64,000 nt of DNA, from the sequence record PQ382034.1; one strand, 5' to 3'. Below the pieces are notes generated by a model. That model made no database searches and had not been told where the DNA came from. It worked only from the letters and a program-made list of their open reading frames with translations. How positions within the stretch are numbered: position 1 is the first letter of the stretch; the number at the start of each line of letters is the position of its first letter. Positions 12,152 through 21,293 of the stretch are shown in pieces. The translations under genes were made by a program, and so were the position numbers. The DNA comes from Acinetobacter phage vB_AbaSI_3.

Positions 12152-13732
12152 ATGTCTCAATTCAAACAAAAAACTAAAGAACAATTAATGGAAACTTGGG
12201 GTGATTTGCTCACTGCTGAAGGTTTACCAAAAATTGATGAAAGCCGCCATGTAGTAATGGCTAAAATCTTCGAAAACCAAGAAGCGGATTTTGCTACTGG
12301 CACTGAATACCGTGATCCTGAAATTGTTAAAGCATTTAGTGGTTTCTTAACCGAAGCAGAAATTGGCGGTGACCATGGTTATGATGCAACAAATATTGCA
12401 GCAGGTCAAACTTCTGGTGCTGTAACTCAAATCGGTCCTGCGATTATGGGTATGGTACGCCGTGCAATTCCTAACTTGATCGCTTTTGATATTTGCGGTG
12501 TACAACCTTTAAATGGTCCTACGGGTCAAATCTTCTCGTTACGTTCAGTGTATGGTAAAGATCCTCTAGCAGCAGGTGCTAAAGAAGCTTTCCACCCAAT
12601 GCTATCTCCTGACACAATGCATTCAGGTCAAGGTGCTGCTGAAGCATTTGAAAATGTTAAAGCCGGTGACACATTAGCAATTGGTGATATTAAACGTCAT
12701 GACTTTGCTGACACAGGACGTGTATATATCCAAGCAATTAAAGCAGTAACAGTTGATGCTGGTGCTACTGATGCAGAAAAACTTGATGTAGAAATCAAAA
12801 AATTAATGGCCTCAGGTTCAGTTGCTGAAATTGGCGTTGGTATGGCTACATCAGTTGCAGAATTGCAAGAAGGTTTCAATGGTTCACAAAATAACCCTTG
12901 GAACGAAATGGGATTCCGTATTGACAAGCAATCAGTTGAAGTTAAATCTCGTCAATTGAAAGCACAATACTCAATTGAACTTGCGCAAGATTTGAAAGCT
13001 GTACATGGTATGGATGCTGATGCTGAATTAGCAGGTATTCTTGCAACAGAAATTATGCTTGAAATCAACCGTGAAATTGTTGATTGGATCAACTTCTCAG
13101 CTCAAATCGGTAAAACTGGCTTTACTCAAACAAATGGCTCTAAAGCAGGTGTATTCGACTTCCAAGATCCGATCGATGTAAAAGGTGCACGTTGGGCTGG
13201 TGAAGCGTATAAAGCGCTTTTAATCCAAATCGATAAAGAAGCTTCAGAAATTGCTCGTCAAACTGGACGTGGTATCGGTAACTTCATCATCGCATCTCGT
13301 AACGTAGTTATGGCACTTGCACAAGTTGATGAACGTGTCAGCCCTGCCGCTCAAGGTCTTGCTTCTGGCATGAACTATGACACTACTAAAGCAACATTTG
13401 CTGGTGTACTTGGTGGTCGTTACAAAGTGTATATCGATCAATATGCACGTGAAGATTATTTCACAGTTGGTTTCAAAGGTTCAAGCGAACTTGATGCTGG
13501 TATTTACTACAGCCCATACGTTCCATTGACTCCATTACGTGGTTCTGATCCTAAGAATTTCCAACCAGTGATGGGCTTCAAAACTCGTTATGCAGTTGGT
13601 ATCAACCCATTCGCAGATACAGTTGCACAAGCTCCAGCTGGTAACAAGCGTATTAGCAATGGTATGCCAACCATCGAAAATTCAGCTGGTAAAAACGGTT
13701 ACTTCCGTAAAGTCTATGTTAAGGGAATCTAA
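12152..13732 (+). CDS. 23: Major capsid protein gp23
   Basis: 526 aa (T4 gp23 is 521 aa) in the syntenic slot after gp22. Paralogous to the 423-aa gp24 downstream (shared SR.LKA.Y..EL.QDL block). Confidence 0.95.
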   Translation: MSQFKQKTKEQLMETWGDLLTAEGLPKIDESRHVVMAKIFENQEADFATGTEYRDPEIVKAFSGFLTEAEIGGDHGYDATNIAAGQTSGAVTQIGPAIMGMVRRAIPNLIAFDICGVQPLNGPTGQIFSLRSVYGKDPLAAGAKEAFHPMLSPDTMHSGQGAAEAFENVKAGDTLAIGDIKRHDFADTGRVYIQAIKAVTVDAGATDAEKLDVEIKKLMASGSVAEIGVGMATSVAELQEGFNGSQNNPWNEMGFRIDKQSVEVKSRQLKAQYSIELAQDLKAVHGMDADAELAGILATEIMLEINREIVDWINFSAQIGKTGFTQTNGSKAGVFDFQDPIDVKGARWAGEAYKALLIQIDKEASEIARQTGRGIGNFIIASRNVVMALAQVDERVSPAAQGLASGMNYDTTKATFAGVLGGRYKVYIDQYAREDYFTVGFKGSSELDAGIYYSPYVPLTPLRGSDPKNFQPVMGFKTRYAVGINPFADTVAQAPAGNKRISNGMPTIENSAGKNGYFRKVYVKGI

Positions 13733-13759
13733 TACCTTAGCATTCTTTGAAAAAGTAAA

Positions 13760-13783
13760 GGGACTCATTTGAGTCCCTTTTTT
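13760..13783. terminator. Bidirectional terminator hairpin (gggactc-attt-gagtccc) + T6; overlaps the stop codon of the reverse-strand ORF
   Basis: 7-bp stem with a T-run on the + strand and TTTACTTTTT on the - strand. Confidence 0.55.
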
Positions 13784-15195
13784 GTTTTGTATAATATGTT
13801 ACCACAGTCCCATATTCTCCGTAAACCGTTTGCATAGCAATTTTCAGATTCAGATAGTTCTTCATCAAATATTTCTAACTTGTCTTTAAGGACATGCTTC
13901 ATGTAACCTGAACGATGTTTGAGTTCTCCATCAACAATATAAAAATATCCAGGCTTTGTTACTCCAACTTTCTCCATTCCCATTTGTTCATATACATTTC
14001 CGAAACTCCAGCGTCGATTTGCATATGAAATCAAATTCATTCCTTTAAGAAGTTTTGATGCACCGCCAACTACACAGGTATATTTTTTAGAACATAGTCT
14101 CAATAGTTCCATGTCATATCCTTTATTAAATCGTGGCTTACCAAACGTTGCAACTTGAACAAGTTCGCCGTTATAGAACAGACCTTTAGCTGATGATGCA
14201 CCACATTTGCCTTGTAGATGGTTCTCTTCACAAAATTCATGTGCTACTGAAACAGAGATATCTCTAATGACACATTTTCGAGCATAGATTGTTTTTGATT
14301 TGCCCAATTTGTGTGAAATGACTGATTTCCAAATTTCACGTTTTATTGGATTTCGCCATTCATTTTCAAAAATGTGCAATAAGTGGATACCTTGCTTTTC
14401 GCATTCTTCGGTTTTTGAAATGTGAGAGTTTCTAATGTGTTTATCGTTATCAGAATCTCCTGAACTATGCCAGAAAATGCCATTGTACTCTATTGCGAGC
14501 TTATGCGAAGGAATATACAGATCTAATTCTCTTGGAGGTATTATGTCTCTTCTATTAATATCCACTGTAGCGCCTAGGCTTGTTATAAATTCATATAGTT
14601 CATCTTCTGCAATGGATCTACTTTTGGTACGAACACCATGATCAAGAGAAATCCTATACATGAATGTATAATGGCACCCAATAATTTTAACCAATTCATC
14701 AAACCCATGTGTCTCGTACATTTTAGTGAATTGGGCTTTATCATATACCCAATCTGGTATATGATCTCTGCTTGGTTTTCTCGCCTTTATGGATTTGATG
14801 CCTTCTTTGGTGGTCCCGACATCACCATAACGTTCTCTGCGAGTATCCCAAACCTTTTGATGATAGTCATTTCGGCCTTTGAGAGCTGAAGAGATTTTCT
14901 TTGTCCTTGCCTCAACATCAGTGTTGCTTACTTTCTTTTGCTTGACTTCAGGATCGTTAGCCGAACATTTTCTACTACAATACAATGAACCAATAGGTGC
15001 TGGATTAGAGCATACTTTACATTTAGGCAGTTCTGTTAGACCTAGCATTGCTAGTTTCATAACCGTGCTATCATCAAGACTGGCGTCGTACGCTGAACGA
15101 TCAAACTTATCTGGATTATTCTGCACTAATTTCCGCCAGTTTGGGTTTAGTTTGCCCTTTGCATTCTTAAAAAAATCTATGTCTATCATCATCAT
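13765..15195 (-). CDS. Reverse-strand 476-aa putative DNA endonuclease (DUF559/Vsr-like PD-(D/E)xK core) with an N-terminal Cys cluster; a homing-endonuclease-like insertion between gp23 and gp24
   Basis: ..LDLYIPSHKLAIEYNGIFWHS..DKHIRNSHISKTEECEKQGIHLLHIFENEW matches the Vsr/DUF559 signature (IVDF..LIIE.DG..H..D..R...L...GW.VLRF.NEV). CKVCSNPAPIGSLYCSRKC is a zinc-ribbon-like cluster. It is on the opposite strand to the flanking late genes, at the slot where T4 carries segF. Confidence 0.5.
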   Translation of the reverse strand: MMMIDIDFFKNAKGKLNPNWRKLVQNNPDKFDRSAYDASLDDSTVMKLAMLGLTELPKCKVCSNPAPIGSLYCSRKCSANDPEVKQKKVSNTDVEARTKKISSALKGRNDYHQKVWDTRRERYGDVGTTKEGIKSIKARKPSRDHIPDWVYDKAQFTKMYETHGFDELVKIIGCHYTFMYRISLDHGVRTKSRSIAEDELYEFITSLGATVDINRRDIIPPRELDLYIPSHKLAIEYNGIFWHSSGDSDNDKHIRNSHISKTEECEKQGIHLLHIFENEWRNPIKREIWKSVISHKLGKSKTIYARKCVIRDISVSVAHEFCEENHLQGKCGASSAKGLFYNGELVQVATFGKPRFNKGYDMELLRLCSKKYTCVVGGASKLLKGMNLISYANRRWSFGNVYEQMGMEKVGVTKPGYFYIVDGELKHRSGYMKHVLKDKLEIFDEELSESENCYANGLRRIWDCGNILYKTKKGLK

Positions 15196-15237
15196 CCACT
15201 CAATAGAAGTGTATAGGTATAATTATATATCATCGCA

Positions 15238-15245
15238 TATAAATA
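15238..15245 (+). promoter_or_regulatory. Late promoter TATAAATA upstream of gp24
   Basis: Exact motif 31 nt before the ATG at 15277. Confidence 0.5.
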
Positions 15246-15276
15246 GTAAATATACGCGTATAAAAGGAACCAATTT

Positions 15277-16548
15277 ATGAATCAAAAACATATTGATAAA
15301 CTTATGATTGAATCTGTTCAATCTGCTGATAGCTTAATTGACAAGCCAGCGTTATTAGGACTAACACGAGCTACAACAAATTTAGTCTATCATGACTTAG
15401 TTGCAACTCAATACACTGATAAGCCTATCGCTGCTCTATTTGGTGTAAAGTACCTTAATCCAAATAAAGAATTAACATTCGTTACTGGTGCAACCTATGG
15501 CGGTGCTTACGGAGAAAAAGAACGAGCATCGATGGTAGAAGCAACTGTTGGCATGTCTCCATTAAAAGGCACCGAATTTAAGCACAATAATATTGTATAT
15601 AAAGTACTAGTTGACGATCCATTTGCAGGCATTACTGAAACAGAATTAGATGACATTATTGCAGAAGCAGTCATTCTATCGACAATTAGACTCGCATCTG
15701 AAGCAGCAGAAACATCAAAATTTGAAGCAGAAGATTCATCAATTTCTGATTCTCGGTTTGAGATCAATCGTTGGCAGGCTAATGTCAAGTCTCGTAAGTT
15801 AAAAACTGAATTGTCAGTTGAGCTTGCACAAGATTTAGAAGCCGCAGGTTTTGATACTGCCGAGTTGTTAGAAGATCTATTAGCTACACAAATGGCAGAA
15901 GAAATTAACAAAGACATCATGCAGTCGTTGATTACTGTTTCACGTAGATTCAAAATTGATGGTGCAGAAAATGCTATCCTAGATTTATCTGCAGTAGGAA
16001 GTTCAGTTGATCAAGCTCGTAATTTATACCGCTATGTATGTGAAATGAATGCGAATATTCAAAAAACTACTGCATATAGCGCTACATTTGTACTTGCTTC
16101 TGCTCGTGTTGCAGCTCTATTGTGTTCGTCTGGCTGGGTTAAAGCAAATACAGATGAAACACCTGATGCATCGATGGGCGTCCTTAAAAATGGTCTTGCA
16201 TTATATTCAGACAACAACAGCCCGGTGGATTACATTATTGTCGGCGTAAAATCATCATTTGGCGAACAAGAAAATGTTGGGTCATTATTTTATGCTCCAT
16301 ATGTTGAAGGACGTCCCGAAGGCTCTGATCCAACTGACCATGTCGGTGCATACAAGGTCATTAATGATCCGAATAGTTTGCAACCAAAAATCATGTTACT
16401 TATTCGCTACGCATTGTCAGTGAACCCTTATACGGTCGGACTCACTGATGCACAGGCAAAAGTTGTTGATTCTACAAATTTAGATAACTTCGCAGGTCAA
16501 AGTGATATGTCAATTATCCTTGGTGTTAAATTGCCAAAATTAAAGTAA
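15277..16548 (+). CDS. 24: Head vertex protein gp24 (gp23 paralog)
   Basis: Shares an SR.LKA.Y/SRKLKTELSVELAQDLEAAG block with gp23. T4-like size (423 aa). Confidence 0.9.
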   Translation: MNQKHIDKLMIESVQSADSLIDKPALLGLTRATTNLVYHDLVATQYTDKPIAALFGVKYLNPNKELTFVTGATYGGAYGEKERASMVEATVGMSPLKGTEFKHNNIVYKVLVDDPFAGITETELDDIIAEAVILSTIRLASEAAETSKFEAEDSSISDSRFEINRWQANVKSRKLKTELSVELAQDLEAAGFDTAELLEDLLATQMAEEINKDIMQSLITVSRRFKIDGAENAILDLSAVGSSVDQARNLYRYVCEMNANIQKTTAYSATFVLASARVAALLCSSGWVKANTDETPDASMGVLKNGLALYSDNNSPVDYIIVGVKSSFGEQENVGSLFYAPYVEGRPEGSDPTDHVGAYKVINDPNSLQPKIMLLIRYALSVNPYTVGLTDAQAKVVDSTNLDNFAGQSDMSIILGVKLPKLK

Positions 16549-16583
16549 CATTTCTTACTGAGATAAATTACACATACAAAAAA

Positions 16584-16607
16584 GGGAGCCATTTGGCTCC
16601 CTTTTTT
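16584..16607. terminator. Bidirectional terminator (gggagcc-attt-ggctccc) + T6 between gp24 and hoc
   Basis: 7-bp GC-rich stem; T-run on the + strand and A-run/T-run on the - strand. Confidence 0.55.
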
Positions 16608-16610
16608 GGT

Positions 16611-17696
16611 TTAATATATGATTCCGGCATCCAATGCAGAACGATGAACAATACGCCCATGTCTAGATTCTTGGACATCCACTTCCGGGAAATCTTTAAT
16701 CATTTTAGCTAAAGTTAACAAATGATAGTAGTATGGATTATCTTCCGGAGGTTGTTTCCAATCACCACCAGTTTTTGTAATCTTTTCAATTTCATCCATT
16801 ACCCACCAACCAGCCCAAATATATGCAGAATTACGATGTGGAAGAGGATGAACATATTGACGTTTATCTTCAGGTATAACGATTTCTTTTTCTGAAACAT
16901 TAACCGATGTACTTTTCTTAACAGTGAACGGCAAATAATTTGCATGGGTCGCAGTTAATGTACATTCATGGTTAACTGTACCAACGCTTGAAGCTGTTAC
17001 ATTAATTTTTGCTGTTGTCTCTCCAGTATTCCAAGCATAAGCATAAGTAACACCAGCTGGACCACCTGAGGCAATAGCATCAACAGAATAAACATCACCA
17101 ACTTTAACATCAGAACTATCCGCCAACACGTTAAAATTGACACCAGTCATTGCAGTTTTATTAACAGTGATAGTCAACTCATTAGAATTGATAACTTTAT
17201 CATTATAATCAGTTGCTTTAACTGTAATTTTACATGTAAGTTTTACTGGTCCAGGAGCAGTTGGCGTTTTAGTTGTAGTTGCTGTAGTAGAACCATCAGA
17301 CCAAAGATATGTAATTGTTGCGCCAGCTGGTTGACCTGCAACAGTTGCTGTTGCTGTATAAGATTCACCAAAATTAATAGTAGGTTTCGATGTAGCAATA
17401 GAACCGGTAGTAGTCTGGGTAATTTTAGTTACAGTTAAGTTCGTTGTTGCCGTTTTAACATCATCAGCTTCGCCTTCGACTTTAGTTGTTGATGTAACTT
17501 TAATTACATTTGTGCCTACCTTTGTAGTTACATAATCTAAAGTATTTGTAGTCGACGCTTGAGCAACACCATCGACTTCCCATTTATATTCAACAGTCGA
17601 ACCTTCTGGCGCACCAGTAACAGTTGCAGTAAACTTTTGGGTTTTCCCTTTTTCGACAGAAGGGTTAACTGGGGCTATTTGTAAGGTTGTTGCCAT
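16611..17696 (-). CDS. hoc: Hoc-like outer capsid decoration protein (tandem Ig-like/Big_2 repeats + C-terminal capsid-binding domain)
   Basis: Repeated TATVTGAPEGSTVEYKWEVDG / ATVAGQPAGATITYLWSDGS / ASGGPAGVTYAYAWNTGE Ig-like modules. Its position after gp24 matches the T4 hoc region. Confidence 0.75.
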   Translation of the reverse strand: MATTLQIAPVNPSVEKGKTQKFTATVTGAPEGSTVEYKWEVDGVAQASTTNTLDYVTTKVGTNVIKVTSTTKVEGEADDVKTATTNLTVTKITQTTTGSIATSKPTINFGESYTATATVAGQPAGATITYLWSDGSTTATTTKTPTAPGPVKLTCKITVKATDYNDKVINSNELTITVNKTAMTGVNFNVLADSSDVKVGDVYSVDAIASGGPAGVTYAYAWNTGETTAKINVTASSVGTVNHECTLTATHANYLPFTVKKSTSVNVSEKEIVIPEDKRQYVHPLPHRNSAYIWAGWWVMDEIEKITKTGGDWKQPPEDNPYYYHLLTLAKMIKDFPEVDVQESRHGRIVHRSALDAGIIY

Positions 17697-17705
17697 TAGT
17701 TGTCC

Positions 17706-18404
17706 TTAGCTTAAAGTTACAAAACTTGAATTTCGTGTTTCACGAATACGGACGGAGCCGTCACGATTGATGTAATAAATTAAACTTTTCAGTACATCTA
17801 ATCCGTGGTAATGCGGGAAAGCATTTGGGTTAGATTTCCAGTCAGGATTTTGTGTGATCCAATCATAGATCCACCATGGTAGTGTGTAATATCCTGGCGC
17901 AGGACCAATGAGTTCAAATGCAGGTTTAAAATTATCCGGCAAAACTGATTTTGGCGATTCAATATCTTGAGGCACAATTTCCGCTGAAAGCTTAATTTCT
18001 TGTACAGGTGTTATAGGTTTAATAACAACATCGGCTACAACTTTTTCACCAAGCTCACCAGTTTCAGTTCGAACATCGATAATTTTAAAATCTTCAACCA
18101 CAGGTGAATCAATTAACAATTTTTGTGCTTGTTCTTTGACTTCATCAAAAACTAGTTTGCCATCTAAGCTATCAGCCGCAGTGATCAAATCGTTGATTGT
18201 CAAGCCTTCATTGTCTTCAGGCAGTGGCTCATTAGCCAATTCAGCGAGTCCGGCTTTAATATCAGCTACAATTGAATCAAACGATTTTGTCTTTTTAATT
18301 CTGATGCCAAACGTTGCTGCATATTCTGCTAACTTCTCTTTGGCAAGACGCTTGTCTTCAACTGAAATTTGCTCTAACTCTTTTATATAATCATGATCTA
18401 ACAT
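17706..18404 (-). CDS. Hoc C-terminal-domain paralog without Ig domains (acidic N-terminal region); sits at the T4 inh position
   Basis: The C-terminus (W.YDW....DWK.NPNAFPHYHGLDVLKSLIYY) parallels the Hoc C-terminus (WAGWW...DWKQPPEDNPYYYHLLTLAKMI). ATG 18404 (SD GGAG, 6-nt spacer) is preferred over the track's TTG at 18416. Confidence 0.5.
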   Translation of the reverse strand: MLDHDYIKELEQISVEDKRLAKEKLAEYAATFGIRIKKTKSFDSIVADIKAGLAELANEPLPEDNEGLTINDLITAADSLDGKLVFDEVKEQAQKLLIDSPVVEDFKIIDVRTETGELGEKVVADVVIKPITPVQEIKLSAEIVPQDIESPKSVLPDNFKPAFELIGPAPGYYTLPWWIYDWITQNPDWKSNPNAFPHYHGLDVLKSLIYYINRDGSVRIRETRNSSFVTLS

Positions 18405-18434
18405 GTATTTCTCCAATATGGGATTAATTTATTT

Positions 18435-18456
18435 TATTTATACTTGCGTATAAATA
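18435..18456. promoter_or_regulatory. Divergent pair of TATAAATA late-promoter motifs (- strand 18435-18442; + strand 18449-18456) in the hoc-paralog/uvsW intergenic region
   Basis: TATTTATA and TATAAATA lie 7 nt apart. Confidence 0.4.
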
Positions 18457-18485
18457 TCTTTATACTAAAGCTTAGGTAAAGAATC

Positions 18486-19997
18486 ATGAGTGACATCAAC
18501 GTAATGTTTTACGATTATAGCCACATCAAGATCAGTACCCAGCAGTCGATATTCAGAGAACTAAGAGATTACTTCTCATTTTATGTGGATGGATATCAGT
18601 TTTCGCCTAAATATGTTTATGGTACTTGGGATGGAAGATTAAAGATGCTTGGAACTGATGGCTTGCTACCATTTGGCCTTTTAGGACAAGTAGTAAAATT
18701 TGCACAAAATAATATGCTATCAATTGCTATCCATCCGGATGTTTCAGCTAAAACTGAAATGACACGTGACGCCTTCAATGATTGGATTAGTTCTAAGACG
18801 TATTATTCTGGCTCAGAAGAAATCTTCCCGTATTGGTATCAACTCAATGCAGTATATGAAGCCATTGTTAACAAACGCAGAATTTTGAATTTGCCTACAT
18901 CAGCTGGTAAATCGTTAATTCAAGCCTTATTGACAAAATATGTCATAGAAACATCAGATCGTTCAGTTTTAATTTTAGTGCCAACAACTTCTCTTGTAAC
19001 TCAGATGAAAGATGATTTTGTTGATTATCGATTGTTTGAAGAAGATGAGATTGCAGAAGTTCGTTCAGGCAAGCGCCAAAAGCATGAACGAATTGTTATT
19101 TCTACATGGCAATCAGCTATCAAAAAGCCAAAGGAATGGTTCAATCAATTCAATATGTTATTGTGTGATGAAATGCATTTAGCCATTGGCAAATCTATTT
19201 CAGAAATAATTAACAAATTAAACTACTGTGAATTCAAAATAGGCTTGTCTGGATCACTACGTGATGGCAAAGCCAATTTAATGCAGTATATTGGATTGTT
19301 TGGTGAAATCTATAGCCCAGTTAGCACAAAGGACTTGATGAATGCTGGTCAAGTGTCTCAGTTAAAAATCAATGCACTGTTCTTGAAATATCCTGAAACA
19401 GTATCAGATTCTGTAGCAAAATTTGATTATGCATCTGAAATAAAATTCATCACAAAATTACAAAAACGCACAGACTGGATATCAAATTTATCACTCAAGC
19501 TTGCTAATCGCGATGAAAATGTCTTTGTGATGTTTAAGAATATCGAACATGGCAAAGCAATATATGATTCAATCAAAGCTACAGGTTATGAAAAAGTATT
19601 TTATGTTTCAGGAGAAGTTAGCTCCGATCAACGAACATATTTGAAGAAAATGGCCGAAGAAGATTCAGGAATAATTATTATTGCGTCATATGGGGTGTTC
19701 TCTACTGGTATTTCAGTCAAGAATCTGCATCATGTGGTTTTAGCACATCCTGTAAAGTCGAAAGTTATAGTTCTGCAAACAATTGGACGAGTACTCCGTA
19801 AACACCAATCTAAATCAATTGCTATGATATGGGATCTAATAGATGACATGTCTATAACTATCGAGAAAAACGGAACTAAACAAAGAAAGAATGTTAATTA
19901 TGCACTTAAACATGCTATTGAACGTATTGAACGATATGCTGCAGAGCAATTTGATTACATAATGAAAGACATTCATTTCTTGCCAGGGACCAAATAG
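18486..19997 (+). CDS. uvsW: UvsW-like SF2 DNA helicase
   Basis: Walker A LPTSAGKS, DExH LLCDEMH, SAT-like motif. Position after hoc/inh as in T4. Confidence 0.85.
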   Translation: MSDINVMFYDYSHIKISTQQSIFRELRDYFSFYVDGYQFSPKYVYGTWDGRLKMLGTDGLLPFGLLGQVVKFAQNNMLSIAIHPDVSAKTEMTRDAFNDWISSKTYYSGSEEIFPYWYQLNAVYEAIVNKRRILNLPTSAGKSLIQALLTKYVIETSDRSVLILVPTTSLVTQMKDDFVDYRLFEEDEIAEVRSGKRQKHERIVISTWQSAIKKPKEWFNQFNMLLCDEMHLAIGKSISEIINKLNYCEFKIGLSGSLRDGKANLMQYIGLFGEIYSPVSTKDLMNAGQVSQLKINALFLKYPETVSDSVAKFDYASEIKFITKLQKRTDWISNLSLKLANRDENVFVMFKNIEHGKAIYDSIKATGYEKVFYVSGEVSSDQRTYLKKMAEEDSGIIIIASYGVFSTGISVKNLHHVVLAHPVKSKVIVLQTIGRVLRKHQSKSIAMIWDLIDDMSITIEKNGTKQRKNVNYALKHAIERIERYAAEQFDYIMKDIHFLPGTK

Positions 19998-20006
19998 GTC
20001 CCTTTG
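19987..20006. terminator. Hairpin (gggacc-aaata-ggtccc) + TTT overlapping the uvsW stop; weak bidirectional terminator
   Basis: 6-bp stem; the T-run is short. Confidence 0.35.
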
Positions 20007-20011
20007 TGCTA

Positions 20012-20281
20012 TCAATAATTTTCGTCACAGTCTTCACACATTTTGCGATCAGCTATTTCATTGTAGACACGAATTTCAACTCGTCGCCAATGATCACACT
20101 CTTCACAACAAAACACACGAGTTTCTAAGTTGTCAATAAAGATGACTGAATGCTTTAGATTCGGATCTAAATTCATTTCGATCAAATTTTTCTCTAGCGC
20201 ATTACCCCAAGTTTCTTCTAAACCGTCTAGGCGTTCTGCTAGCCCATCCATTTGGATATCGTCTGGTTGCTCAAATTTCAT
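20012..20281 (-). CDS. Small zinc-ribbon protein (CCEEC..C..C), uvsY.-2-position
   Basis: C-terminal CxxC...CxxC cluster. Overlaps the next ORF start by 11 nt. Confidence 0.45.
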   Translation of the reverse strand: MKFEQPDDIQMDGLAERLDGLEETWGNALEKNLIEMNLDPNLKHSVIFIDNLETRVFCCEECDHWRRVEIRVYNEIADRKMCEDCDENY

Positions 20282-20543
20282 AAGGCTTACTCCAAAATGT
20301 TAAAAATCTATTGCGCATTTCATCATCGCATAAGTTGAAAATAATCAAACAAATCGAATCATGGTCTCCTTCATCAAAGAACTTGACTAGGTCTGTCATA
20401 GATTTTTTAGATCCATCAGAAAATGCTAAACATTTTCCATCTTTATTGCGCAGTATTATTTCTTGGCACCAGTTATGCACCTCAAGTTTAAATATTTTGC
20501 CATTAGCGTTTATTGTTACAATAGATGTAGGTAAAGTAACCAT
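20271..20543 (-). CDS. Hypothetical 90-aa protein
   Basis: ORF in an operon-like array with its neighbours; 1-nt overlap with the upstream ORF. Confidence 0.4.
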   Translation of the reverse strand: MVTLPTSIVTINANGKIFKLEVHNWCQEIILRNKDGKCLAFSDGSKKSMTDLVKFFDEGDHDSICLIIFNLCDDEMRNRFLTFWSKPYEI

Positions 20544-20860
20544 TATTTGTACTCCTTTTCATCAACATAGAATTCTAACTCTTTGGTGACACCATCTACG
20601 GTGACTATGCCACGTTCAAAGTCAAAATCCTTAACAAGTAAACGTGTTTTCCACGGATCAATTCCCCAGCCCCATGGAAATTTACGATATGGGCAAACAT
20701 AGTGGACGTTTGTCAATGTAACGTTATCACCCATTGTAGCAAACTCTAATCCAGGCGCACCGATGAATTGGACTACCCAGCGTTCAGATAAGTTGCGTAC
20801 TGTTGGTTCGTCGCATGTTAGTGTAACTTGTTCTGGACGAAAAGATGATACTTTAGCCAT
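20543..20860 (-). CDS. Hypothetical 105-aa protein (not recognisably UvsY)
   Basis: ORF only; no similarity to T4 UvsY that I can see. Confidence 0.45.
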   Translation of the reverse strand: MAKVSSFRPEQVTLTCDEPTVRNLSERWVVQFIGAPGLEFATMGDNVTLTNVHYVCPYRKFPWGWGIDPWKTRLLVKDFDFERGIVTVDGVTKELEFYVDEKEYK

Positions 20861-20935
20861 AATATTTTACTCATAATTATTAAGATAGAAGCATTATATA
20901 CCACAAAAGGACCATAGTAAATAGTCCTTTGTAGA

Positions 20936-21103
20936 TTATTTTAGCTTTTTATCAGTGTACTTGCAACAAGGTACAAAATGAGAAATATAAACTCCTTGTT
21001 CATGACATGGACATCCACATTTTTTAATAATCTCATTCTGCTGTGCTGTTAGCACAGGTTTCCCAATTTTAAGAATTTTGTTTAGTACTTTTACTAATTT
21101 CAT
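20936..21103 (-). CDS. 55-aa Cys-rich micro-protein (KKCGCPCHE...CCKY)
   Basis: Hand-translated: MKLVKVLNKILKIGKPVLTAQQNEIIKKCGCPCHEQGVYISHFVPCCKYTDKKLK*. Its ATG overlaps the upstream micro-ORF stop (ATGA). Confidence 0.35.
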   Translation of the reverse strand: MKLVKVLNKILKIGKPVLTAQQNEIIKKCGCPCHEQGVYISHFVPCCKYTDKKLK

Positions 21104-21267
21104 AACAATAACTCTGTTTCTAATAGCATGTCATCATTAGATTCAAGTACTGGCATGTCTTGAATGTGCTGCAAGCAGTGTCCAGGATGGACAGGTCCTT
21201 GATCAGTCTCAACTACCAATGCTTCATCAATCGGCATCTTACATACCGAACATATACGTGTTTCCAT
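21100..21267 (-). CDS. 55-aa Cys-rich micro-protein (CSVC...HPGHC)
   Basis: Hand-translated: METRICSVCKMPIDEALVVETDQGPVHPGHCLQHIQDMPVLESNDDMLLETELLL*. GGAG SD 6 nt upstream, late promoter 27 nt upstream. Confidence 0.4.
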   Translation of the reverse strand: METRICSVCKMPIDEALVVETDQGPVHPGHCLQHIQDMPVLESNDDMLLETELLL

Positions 21268-21293
21268 TATTATTCTCCAAATGTGTATAGATG

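Noticed and set aside
20543-20860. Calling the 105-aa ORF next to the gp25 cluster UvsY
   Set aside because: No resemblance to the T4 UvsY sequence that I can see (no coiled-coil C-terminus, different composition). Left as hypothetical.
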